Assembly (NCBI GenBank): GCA_964600665.1
Contig: CAZRKC010000006.1
Location: 11,319 to 75,318, forward strand
DNA from: an uncultured Candidatus Sumerlaeota bacterium
Lineage (GTDB): Bacteria; Bacillota; SLNR01
Reading direction: 5' to 3'
Length of the DNA: 64,000 nucleotides
In this document: one piece after another, positions 37,609-45,692 of the stretch
How the letters are laid out: each line of letters starts with the position of its first letter
Numbering within the stretch: the first letter of the stretch is position 1
Program-made: the position numbers and the translations under genes
Notes under the pieces: generated by a model
The model's input: only the letters and a program-made list of their open reading frames with translations
Told to the model about the DNA's origin: nothing
Databases searched by the model: none

Positions 37609-38532
37609 TTATGATTGAATTCGATTCAATCCGCCATGGACTGGTTTTTTGCGTCTCAATTTCATCATCCCAATGCCGCCGATACTCAGCAAAACCCCCA
37701 CGAGACTCTGCCAGGGAATAATGTACATGGTCTGCCATGCTTCCAAAATTTCACCCGTCGACACTTCCACCAAGGCCCGAATATCATGCCGCCCCCATGC
37801 AGGGCTTCGCTGCCATTCCACATCTACGGTCCGGTCTTCATGCGGATGTAAAATACCCCGGGAGATTTTCAACTCATCCAGTTGGCGGCCCTGCCGCCAG
37901 ATCTGGATCTGTCCCTGAAAGGGCACCAGTGCCGAAGAGGCATTGATAATTCCCAAACGGAGGGGGATCCGCTGTCCCCAAAGCCGACTGGCAGATAAAG
38001 ACGCTACCACAACTTGTGCAGGTTCAGGATCACCGACTGTTAAATATGTGAGCATGCCGATCCGGTTTCCCACCGGGTTTCCCCCTGCCTCGTGGGGGAT
38101 CGTTTCTGCAAAAATCACACCGGTATAACTTCCCGGAAAAGCATTCTCCGGTACTGTCACGGTAAATGTAATATCCATTAATTCTTGCGGTCCCAGGGTA
38201 AAGTGAGCGGGGCTGATGGCATACCAGTCTGCAGAAGAGTCCGGCATACGGCCGGGTTCTAAAAATCGAATACCCCCCTCAGCACCCCCTGCAATGGTCG
38301 CATCCATGGAGTAAACCTGAAATGTCAATGGAAAATCACCCACATTCCGGACACTCACCGTTCCTTGATGACGATCACCTGGCTCCAGCTGCTGCTCGTA
38401 GGATAGAGGGGATATACTGAACCCGCCACCTTGAGCCCGGGCGGAGCTAAAGCCGCCCGGGAATGTCAGGATGGTCATCGCGATCATAATGATTCTTAAT
38501 AATTTCAATGCCTTACACGCTATCATGATCAA
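37609..38532 (-). CDS. Cell-surface protein resembling DUF916/DUF3324 partners of WxL proteins (signal peptide, Ig-like ectodomain, C-terminal TM anchor)
   Basis: 307 aa. Has FSISPLSYEQQLEPGDRHQGTVSVRNVGDFPLTFQVY (the DUF916-like opening), a second beta-rich domain, and a C-terminal LVGVLLSIGGIGMM followed by KLRRKK. It overlaps the upstream gene stop by 4 nt. Confidence 0.5.
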   Translation of the reverse strand: MIMIACKALKLLRIIMIAMTILTFPGGFSSARAQGGGFSISPLSYEQQLEPGDRHQGTVSVRNVGDFPLTFQVYSMDATIAGGAEGGIRFLEPGRMPDSSADWYAISPAHFTLGPQELMDITFTVTVPENAFPGSYTGVIFAETIPHEAGGNPVGNRIGMLTYLTVGDPEPAQVVVASLSASRLWGQRIPLRLGIINASSALVPFQGQIQIWRQGRQLDELKISRGILHPHEDRTVDVEWQRSPAWGRHDIRALVEVSTGEILEAWQTMYIIPWQSLVGVLLSIGGIGMMKLRRKKPVHGGLNRIQS

Positions 38533-39131
38533 TACGCCGCCGTTGTCGTTACCAGAATCGTGCTGGAATATTCCCGGGCAGCATCTGCATAAGTCAGCAT
38601 TGCCTTGAGTCCGATATTCACCTGGGTTCCATTGGTATCGCCGGTTGCTGAGGCATTTTCAATCACCGCTTCACTAATCGGCTGACCTTCTCCATCATAT
38701 GCAAAACTGCGGAAGACATGATTACCACCATTGATAGTGGGTGTTGTATCACTCCCAATTGCTACTGCAACCCTCCTAACATACTGTTCATCCGGTAATA
38801 CCAGATGCTCCTCCCCCGGTATGGTGGAGCCCATCCGAGTGGCCTGGATCTGCATGCTCCATTGCCCGTTCGCTTTGACGTTGACTTTGATTGCATCATT
38901 GATCGCTCGTTCTTCACCGACAAAAGCCCCAAAAGATACGGCCCCCGGGACAGCGGCCGGCGCTCCGGCAGGCGACCCGCTGCTGTAATCATTCGTGCTG
39001 ATACTAACCACCAATGTCTCTGGACTGCTGGCTGTTGCTGTCACCGAACTTGCCATTCCCGGGACGCTGTCTGCGACCACCATCATCAGTCCACCAATTA
39101 GAAGGATCCATGCTATCAACTGTTTTCTCAT
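38529..39131 (-). CDS. Secreted WxL-domain-like protein with degenerate WxL motifs
   Basis: 200 aa, signal peptide, RBS AAAGGAGG. NGQWSMQIQATRMGS parallels the first WxL motif (GWNLQVSAS). The C-terminal AREYSSTILVTTTAAY parallels the second (DYTSTLTWSL) with W replaced by V. Confidence 0.45.
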   Translation of the reverse strand: MRKQLIAWILLIGGLMMVVADSVPGMASSVTATASSPETLVVSISTNDYSSGSPAGAPAAVPGAVSFGAFVGEERAINDAIKVNVKANGQWSMQIQATRMGSTIPGEEHLVLPDEQYVRRVAVAIGSDTTPTINGGNHVFRSFAYDGEGQPISEAVIENASATGDTNGTQVNIGLKAMLTYADAAREYSSTILVTTTAAY

Positions 39132-39221
39132 CTCTACGACCTCCTTTGTATTTGTTGGATCACCAGATCCGGGTTGATATTAGAAAACACCTTGTCCCTC
39201 CTTTCCGGTAATTTGCCTGCA

Positions 39222-39248
39222 AACAAAAAGAGACCTCGGCAGGTCTCT
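39222..39248 (-). terminator. Intrinsic terminator-like hairpin upstream of the WxL-like cassette
   Basis: AGAGACCT-gccg-AGGTCTCT followed by UUUUUGUUUG (minus sense). Confidence 0.5.
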
Positions 39249-39383
39249 GCAGTGCAAACCATATATTCCTCCCCTTGAAAGGGATTCCTGCTTTTTCATC
39301 GTAACAATCGTTAGTCAAATTCCGACGCTAAACTCGGAATTTGTTTATATATGACGAAAATACGCGCATTTCACCATCAATCA

Positions 39384-39420
39384 ACAAAGGGAGCGTCGTT
39401 TCATCGAAGCGCTCCCTTTG
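39384..39420 (-). terminator. Hairpin downstream of the ctp gene (possible terminator)
   Basis: 11-bp stem CAAAGGGAGCG / CGCTCCCTTTG with a 15-nt loop and a weak U tract. Confidence 0.35.
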
Positions 39421-39506
39421 CCGTAAAACAATATCGTATAAACGATAATTGCTTTCTTTGCTTTTCGACAAGATTCGTCAAATTCCTGCATGGCAAAAAA
39501 TGTTTT

Positions 39507-40919
39507 CTATGGGTTATGGTCCAAGACCTCTAAAGCTCGCACCAGCTGAGAATCTCCTCCTTGGGGCCGGATGCGGGTCAACAAGACATAGTTGACTTGG
39601 AGGAGTGTATCCCGGTCAGCGATACCGGTGGGGACCAAGCTATTATCCGCCTGGAATGCTTCGATTGCCATCTGTGTCTGGTCATCGTAGATGCCATCCA
39701 CCGTGCCGATCTCATAACCTAAATACCGCAGGATCCGCTGGAGACTGATCACGACCCCGCCGGAATCCCCGGGTTTGATCGTTTTAACGGTGGGAACGGT
39801 ATCCAGACGTGCGCCTTTAGGGTCTAAAATTTGAGGATATGCCACAATATCCGGTTCAATCCCTTTCCCTTCAATGGAAGTCTCATTGGGGGTCAGATAA
39901 TTGGCCATAGTGATCTTGATACCACCAACTCCGAGACTGTAAACTGATTGGACGGTGCCTTTGCCGTAAGTCCTCATCCCCAGAATGAGCCCAGCCTGAC
40001 GGTCCTTGACTGCACCAGCGACGATTTCAGATGCGCTGGCAGTGCCACCGTTGACTAAAACCACCATCGGCCAGGGGATGCCGTTCCCTTCCGCATAGTA
40101 AGTCTCCTTAAACCCCAGGCGATTCACCACATGGACGACAGGTCCAGCGGGCACCAGTTGGCTGGCCACTTTAACCCCTTGTTCCAAGAGACCGCCGGGA
40201 TTGTCTCTCAAATCCAGAATCAGTCCCTGAATCTGTTTGCTTTTTAAGTCTTTGAGTGCTGCAACCAAATTTGCCTCGGTATGTTCATTAAATAAGGAAA
40301 TGTATATATAGCCATAACGACCGTCGATAACCCGATGCTCAACCGTGTTGACTTCAATTGTCTCTCGAATGATATCAATGGTTATTCTTTTATCTTCTCC
40401 CCGTAACACCACCAGCCGCGCATGTGTTCCGGCATCACCTTTCAACGCTTGAGAAGTGAAGTCCAGTCCCGCACCCACCATGTCTTCCCCATCCACCCGA
40501 ATGATCCGGTCTCCGGGCTGCACACCAGCCCTCTCCGCCGGCCCGCCTTGTATCGTCCGCAACACCACGGTATAGTCTCCTTCTTGTGATATGACCACAC
40601 CCACACCGCCGAAAGTACCTGACATATCAAACATGAAGTTCTCGAATTCATCCGCATCCAGAAGCCGTGTGTAAGGGTCATTATTGAAGCGCAGGATACC
40701 CTTTAAAATGAGTGCTCCCCACCGACCCATACCATCTTCCTGGTCTCGGGACAAATGCTGCAAGGTATTCAGCAGCCGATCCAGAAACTCCATGATCTGC
40801 ACATTCTGTTCCGGTTGAATCTGGACAGGTCGAAGCAAGTCTGCCGCCTGAATCACACCGCAAGACAAGACTGCCACGATCAATACCGCCATCATGATCT
40901 GCTGATACCGTTTCATCAT
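39507..40919 (-). CDS. Carboxy-terminal processing peptidase (S41) with PDZ domain and C-terminal peptidoglycan-binding domain
   Basis: Start ATG 40919/40916 (MMKRYQQIMMAVLIVAVLSCG). Has PDZ PAERAGVQPGDRIIRVDG, LILDLRDNPGGLL, catalytic VLVNGGTASASEIVAGA, and PG_binding_1-like LQRILRYLGYEIGTVDGIYDDQTQMAIEAFQ. Confidence 0.85.
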   Translation of the reverse strand: MMKRYQQIMMAVLIVAVLSCGVIQAADLLRPVQIQPEQNVQIMEFLDRLLNTLQHLSRDQEDGMGRWGALILKGILRFNNDPYTRLLDADEFENFMFDMSGTFGGVGVVISQEGDYTVVLRTIQGGPAERAGVQPGDRIIRVDGEDMVGAGLDFTSQALKGDAGTHARLVVLRGEDKRITIDIIRETIEVNTVEHRVIDGRYGYIYISLFNEHTEANLVAALKDLKSKQIQGLILDLRDNPGGLLEQGVKVASQLVPAGPVVHVVNRLGFKETYYAEGNGIPWPMVVLVNGGTASASEIVAGAVKDRQAGLILGMRTYGKGTVQSVYSLGVGGIKITMANYLTPNETSIEGKGIEPDIVAYPQILDPKGARLDTVPTVKTIKPGDSGGVVISLQRILRYLGYEIGTVDGIYDDQTQMAIEAFQADNSLVPTGIADRDTLLQVNYVLLTRIRPQGGDSQLVRALEVLDHNP

Positions 40920-41032
40920 GTTCACCTCAAAATGATTATACCATGTCATTTTTCTCATTATTTCGATAAAAGCACATCGAACCCTGCAAATCAACGCAAG
41001 AACCGGTTAAATGTGAATCATCCGTTTGATCA

Positions 41033-41060
41033 GAAAAAAAAGGAGAAGCATTGCTTCTCC
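41033..41060 (-). terminator. Intrinsic terminator after the small secreted helical protein gene
   Basis: GGAGAAGCA / TGCTTCTCC stem followed by UUUUUUUU (minus sense). Confidence 0.65.
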
Positions 41061-41067
41061 CTTTCAA

Positions 41068-41463
41068 TCAACTGCCACTTTCCTCTGGAGCCACAGGACA
41101 GGATCCTCTAAACCCTCTGCCCATACGACCACCACCAAATCCGCCCCGCTCTTCCATCCGTTCCCGGACTTGTTCCCGGATTCCTTCCGGAAGGTCTTGG
41201 ATGAATTCATCCCTGGCGGCATCCATTTTGGTTCTGAACTCTTCACGCAAAGCCTGCACATTGCTTTGATGCGCTTCACGGGCTGCTTCGGCATCTGCCT
41301 TCTCGCTATCAGATAACCCGGAAGTCACATCACTCCACCACGCCTGACAGCGTCCTCTGAACCCGGAGCCTGGTACATCTGCTTCCTCTGCAAATCCCAC
41401 TGCCGCCAAACCCAGCACCAACACCACTGTCATCGCAATGATTACCCACTTGAATCTTGCCAT
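41068..41463 (-). CDS. Small secreted helical protein, Spy/CpxP/DUF2680-like by composition
   Basis: Start ATG 41463 (MARFKWVIIAMTVVLVLGLAAVGFA) 8 nt after AAGGAGG. The mature part is charged and helical (EAAREAHQSNVQALREEFRTKMDAARDEFIQDLPEGIREQVRERMEERG) with a Gly/Arg-rich tail. It is divergent from htrA. Confidence 0.45.
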   Translation of the reverse strand: MARFKWVIIAMTVVLVLGLAAVGFAEEADVPGSGFRGRCQAWWSDVTSGLSDSEKADAEAAREAHQSNVQALREEFRTKMDAARDEFIQDLPEGIREQVRERMEERGGFGGGRMGRGFRGSCPVAPEESGS

Positions 41464-41505
41464 TGACTTCACCTCCTTGATTGGATTGATCTCATTATAT
41501 CGGAC

Positions 41506-41595
41506 AAATGTGGCAAAAGTATGGCATCAAAGTGAATTCTTCGGGAAATAGATGCCATGGTTTCTTCCTTCTTTTGTCACAATTATGCCACATTT
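41506..41595. promoter_or_regulatory. Nested inverted repeats with four TGGCA half-sites in the divergent promoter region
   Basis: The outer arms AAATGTGGCA (41506-41515) and TGCCACATTT (41586-41595) pair as inverted repeats, and so do the inner arms ATGGCATC (41521-41528) and GATGCCAT (41551-41558). TGGCA copies at 41511 and 41523 form a 12-bp-spaced direct repeat. Confidence 0.4.
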
Positions 41596-41626
41596 ATCTG
41601 TTAGATTAATGGAAGGAGGTGATTTT

Positions 41627-42808
41627 ATGGATTGGGATATGGAACAATCCGATACAATGGACTCAACACCAAGCCAGGCGGATCAGCCAGAGGCACCCAT
41701 GATCAAATCCAAACCTCAGCAGCATCTGGCAAACGTCTTCTTGAACGCCTTCCTGGGAATGTGCCTTGGCGGCTTGCTCTTTTTCGCCGGTTTCCAATGG
41801 TCTGGTCATATCGCTCAAAATCAGCAACCGGATCTCAACCAGCCAACGGTGGTACAGGTCCAGTACCAATACCCGGCGATTCTGAACACAGAGAACCCTG
41901 TGGTCACAGCAGTGCAACGAGTGATCCCCTCAGTTGTCGGTGTCAGCAACTACAGCATGGCCGGATTTAGAGGTCAGCAACAGTTGCGGGAAGTTGGCAC
42001 CGGGACCGGTGTGATCATCAAAACAGACGGCACCATTGTCACCAACCAGCATGTGATCAACGGTGCTTCTGAAATCTGGGTCACACTCCAAGACGGTACA
42101 ACTTTGCAGGCCACACTGGTCGGCTCGGATCCATACACCGACCTGGCAATATTGAAAGTTGATGCCGGAAAAGAACTGCCCGCTGCAGAGTGGGGGGATT
42201 CAGATGCGGTACTACCGGGAGAAGCCGCTGTCGCCATTGGCAACCCCCTAGGTGCAACATTTCAGAACACCGTCACTGCTGGTATCATCAGTGCAACTCA
42301 GCGGCAAGTTCGCATCAGTGGAAGCGAGTATCGATATACCTATCTCCAAACCGATGCGGCAGTTAATTCTGGAAACAGCGGTGGGCCGCTTGTCAATCTC
42401 AACGGAGAAGTCATCGGTATCAACACAGCCAAAATCGTTGATACATCCGTGGAAGGTATCAGTTTTGCCATCCCGGCTAACACCGCCAAAGCAGTCGTGG
42501 ACAGCATTGTCGAATCAGGCAAAGTCGTTCGTGCATATATCGGTATCGCCGTCAGCGACTATGCTGAGATAACAGGAAAAAGTGCAGACCGTGGCGTGTA
42601 TATTTCACGGGTGACAACCGGCAGTCCCGCAGAAACAGCCGGCTTAAGAGAAGGGGATGTGATTGTAGGCATCGAATCAACCCCGACCCATTATGCAGCC
42701 CAACTTTTCGATTGGCTTCTGCATGCCCATCCGCAAGATACGGCAACATTGCATATTTCTCGAAACAGCATTAAAATGGACGTGACGATCATACTTGGAC
42801 AAGGATGA
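41627..42808 (+). CDS. htrA: HtrA/DegP-family serine protease with PDZ domain, membrane anchored
   Basis: Start ATG 41627 after GGAAGGAGG. Has a TM segment, the catalytic triad contexts TNQHVI, DLAILKV and GNSGGPLVN, and a C-terminal PDZ (GSPAETAGLREGDVIVGI). Confidence 0.9.
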   Translation: MDWDMEQSDTMDSTPSQADQPEAPMIKSKPQQHLANVFLNAFLGMCLGGLLFFAGFQWSGHIAQNQQPDLNQPTVVQVQYQYPAILNTENPVVTAVQRVIPSVVGVSNYSMAGFRGQQQLREVGTGTGVIIKTDGTIVTNQHVINGASEIWVTLQDGTTLQATLVGSDPYTDLAILKVDAGKELPAAEWGDSDAVLPGEAAVAIGNPLGATFQNTVTAGIISATQRQVRISGSEYRYTYLQTDAAVNSGNSGGPLVNLNGEVIGINTAKIVDTSVEGISFAIPANTAKAVVDSIVESGKVVRAYIGIAVSDYAEITGKSADRGVYISRVTTGSPAETAGLREGDVIVGIESTPTHYAAQLFDWLLHAHPQDTATLHISRNSIKMDVTIILGQG

Positions 42809-42832
42809 TCCTATGGGGAGGAAGGAATTTGT

Positions 42833-43543
42833 ATGCAGTATACAGGAAATCGAATTCTAGTGGCTGACGATGATGAAAAACTCCAGGAACTGCTCCATCT
42901 ATACCTTACCAAAGAAGGGTTCGATGTCATCCAGGCTAAAGATGGCGTGGAAGCCTTGGAGAAGGAATCCCGGGAGCATCCCAGTCTGATCCTGCTGGAT
43001 ATCATGATGCCCCGAATGGACGGGTTGGAAGTATGCCGGGAACTCCGTCGTCAACGGAACACCGTCCCCATCATTATCCTGTCTGCCAAAGGGGAAGATT
43101 ACGATCGGATCTTGGGCTTGGAACTGGGGGCTGATGATTACATGACCAAACCCTTTCACCCCCGGGAAGCTGTTGCCCGAATCAAAGCCGTTTTGCGTCG
43201 CGCCAATACAGAAACCACACTCCCTCAGATCCTCTATTATCCGGATTTGGAAATCAATATGGAAGAATATCGGGTCATGGTGGGAACGGATCCGGTGAGT
43301 TTGACATACAAAGAGATGGAACTACTATGGTATCTGGCTAGCCACCCCCTCCGGGTTTTTACCCGGGAACAGTTGCTGGAACGCGTCTGGGGGTATGAGT
43401 ATTCTGCAGATACCCGTACTGTGGATACGCATATCAAAAGACTCCGCAAAAAACTCTATCGCCAGGAGGAGGAATCCGGCTATCCCTGGGAGATCAAGAC
43501 TGTCTGGGGAGTCGGATACAAGTTTGAGGTGATGCGTACATGA
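42833..43543 (+). CDS. OmpR/PhoB-family response regulator
   Basis: 236 aa. Has ILVADDDEKL, LILLDIMMPRMDG, LSAKGE, YMTKPF, and a winged-helix C-terminus with TVDTHIKRLRKKL and VWGVGYKF. Confidence 0.9.
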   Translation: MQYTGNRILVADDDEKLQELLHLYLTKEGFDVIQAKDGVEALEKESREHPSLILLDIMMPRMDGLEVCRELRRQRNTVPIIILSAKGEDYDRILGLELGADDYMTKPFHPREAVARIKAVLRRANTETTLPQILYYPDLEINMEEYRVMVGTDPVSLTYKEMELLWYLASHPLRVFTREQLLERVWGYEYSADTRTVDTHIKRLRKKLYRQEEESGYPWEIKTVWGVGYKFEVMRT

Positions 43544-45339
43544 AAAATAACTTGTTCCGACGATTGCTGACCATGAATCTACTGATTATCGGGGTGACAC
43601 TGCTGATCGTCGCCTTTTTATTGTCACGTTTTGCATCCGACTATATATACACACAAAAAGAAAAGGAGCTTTTGGCCAAAGGAACCGAGGTCAGTGAAAT
43701 GATTATCGATTACCAGGAAGGAATCTACAATGAGTTCATGGTCCTATCGTTGATGGAAGCTCTGGATCGATTCTGGGATGCCCGAATCTGGGTCTCTGAC
43801 CGGAACGGCCTCGTGCTGTTGGCATCCTTCGGGGATCGACCAGCCCGCCGGAATCCGGCCATGACCGTGACCAACCAGGAAGAACTGGAAAGCATCCTGC
43901 AAGGTGATACCGTGACCATTCGCCATTATATGCCTCATTTCAATGAAACCATGCTGACCATCGGTGTGCCTATCCGTACATCTGCACAAGGTCCTGTTCT
44001 TGGGGCCATATTCCTGCATGCGCCGGTCATCGGCATCGAAGCGGCTGCCGGGCAGATGCGGCAATATATTGCCCTTTCCGGACTTGCCGCGGTAATTGCG
44101 GCATCGATCCTGGGGTATTTCTATTCATTGCGGCTTTCGCGGCCTTTGCATGCGATGTCTGATGTTGCGCTGCGTATGGCAAAGGGTGAATTCACGCAGC
44201 GTGTGGTGACTGACAGCGAGGATGAAATCGGTCAGTTGGGACAATCCCTGAATCTACTTTCTACCCGCTTGCAGGAAACGATGGGGTATCTGCACCGTGA
44301 AAAAGAGAAATTTGAATCCATGGTCACCAGTATGCACGAAGGCGTTATCGGGTTGGACCATCAGGCCCACATCGTCTTCTACAACGAGGCAGCTGCGGAA
44401 TTACTGCCTTTGACGCCAGACCATCTAAGTGTGAATGTAGAGACCATCTTCCCTCAATCTCATGTTCAGGATGCGTTCCGTCATGTCTTTACTACAGGTG
44501 AACACGCCATGGTGGTGGTCCGGGGAGAGATGAATATCCTTTCCGTCCATATTTCGCTGCTGAAAGAAGGGGAGGATGCACTCCCCGGGGCGGTTGTCTT
44601 AATCCAGGATATCAGCGAAACAGAAAAAATTGAAACCATGCGGAGAGAATTCATCGCCAATATCTCCCACGAACTGCGCACGCCTTTGACCACCATTCGC
44701 GGCTTCAGTGAATCCCTGCTGGATGGAACTGCAGAAACTGAAGCACAAAAAAACCGTTATATCAGTCTGATTGCAGAAGAGTCCCGTTATTTAGGCAATC
44801 TCATTCAGGATTTACTGGATCTGAACCGATTGGAATCCGGAAAAACCATGATGGATATGATTCCGTTTCGATTATCTGATACATTAACGTCCCTGACTAC
44901 CCGGATGCAACCGCTCTTTGAAAAACATGCCCTCCATCTTCAATTGGAAATACCCGATGAACCGGTGGTCATGGGTGATTCAACCAGGGTGCAGCAAGTA
45001 TTGCGAAATCTTCTGGAAAATGCCGCTCGGTATGCAGAGAGTCTCATTCGCATCCGCGTCCAACGCGTCCCTGACAAAAATGAGATTCGCATTACGATAT
45101 CCGACGATGGCCCGGGCATTCCGGTCGAAGAACTGCCCTATGTATTTCAACGTTTCTATCGAGTGGAGAAATCTCGCACTCGCGGTCAGGGAGGCACGGG
45201 ATTGGGGTTGGCCATTGCCCGACAGATCGTGGAAGCCCATGACGGAACCATCACCGCAGGTCTGTCTAAAGACGGTGGTGCGGAATTTGTTTTCACATTA
45301 CCCATTGCAATCGTCCCAGAGGGTGAAACTATCGCATGA
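43540..45339 (+). CDS. Sensor histidine kinase (2 TM, HAMP, PAS, HisKA, HATPase_c)
   Basis: 599 aa, with a 4-nt overlap with the RR gene. Has H-box FIANISHELRTPLT, N-box LRNLLENAARYA, G1 DDGPGIP and G2 GGTGLGLAIA. Confidence 0.9.
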   Translation: MKNNLFRRLLTMNLLIIGVTLLIVAFLLSRFASDYIYTQKEKELLAKGTEVSEMIIDYQEGIYNEFMVLSLMEALDRFWDARIWVSDRNGLVLLASFGDRPARRNPAMTVTNQEELESILQGDTVTIRHYMPHFNETMLTIGVPIRTSAQGPVLGAIFLHAPVIGIEAAAGQMRQYIALSGLAAVIAASILGYFYSLRLSRPLHAMSDVALRMAKGEFTQRVVTDSEDEIGQLGQSLNLLSTRLQETMGYLHREKEKFESMVTSMHEGVIGLDHQAHIVFYNEAAAELLPLTPDHLSVNVETIFPQSHVQDAFRHVFTTGEHAMVVVRGEMNILSVHISLLKEGEDALPGAVVLIQDISETEKIETMRREFIANISHELRTPLTTIRGFSESLLDGTAETEAQKNRYISLIAEESRYLGNLIQDLLDLNRLESGKTMMDMIPFRLSDTLTSLTTRMQPLFEKHALHLQLEIPDEPVVMGDSTRVQQVLRNLLENAARYAESLIRIRVQRVPDKNEIRITISDDGPGIPVEELPYVFQRFYRVEKSRTRGQGGTGLGLAIARQIVEAHDGTITAGLSKDGGAEFVFTLPIAIVPEGETIA

Positions 45340-45607
45340 TCAAACAGTTACCGCTATCCATACATTGAAACAATTGGATCATCAGGTTCATGAGTGGGTT
45401 TTTCAAGGACGATCCTTCATGCTCATCGCGTCCACAGCACTCTATCTCCTCATTGACCACCCAATCGGATGTGAGTTCACTCCATTTCCTGCGTCATATT
45501 GATCAGTCATTAACTAAGGGTCATCAAGATGCCAGTATGAAAAAACCTCAGCTAGACAATACTGAAAACGTATGCTCCTTCAGATAGAGCGATCCCTGCA
45601 TCATGAA

Positions 45608-45634
45608 AAGACACCCAACTTTTTTGGGTGTCTT
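45608..45634 (-). terminator. Intrinsic terminator after the Big_2 surface-protein gene (may also stop the HK transcript)
   Basis: AAGACACCCAA / TTGGGTGTCTT stem with a 5-nt loop. The minus-sense RNA is followed by UUUUCAUG. Confidence 0.6.
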
Positions 45635-45692
45635 CTCTGTTATCAACCACTGCCGGGTCAGTATCTAACCCGCAGTATCCAAACCCATGATC

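Noticed and set aside
41552-41626. 25-codon N-terminal extension of the htrA ORF
   Set aside because: It lies in the repeat-containing intergenic control region. The strong RBS GGAAGGAGG sits directly before ATG 41627.
45340-45607. About 270-nt non-coding tail after the histidine kinase gene, with ORFs 45390..45587 and the end of 44918..45502
   Set aside because: The ORFs have no RBS, are low-complexity and overlap each other. No repeats or structure stood out. It is likely just a spacer before the shared terminator.
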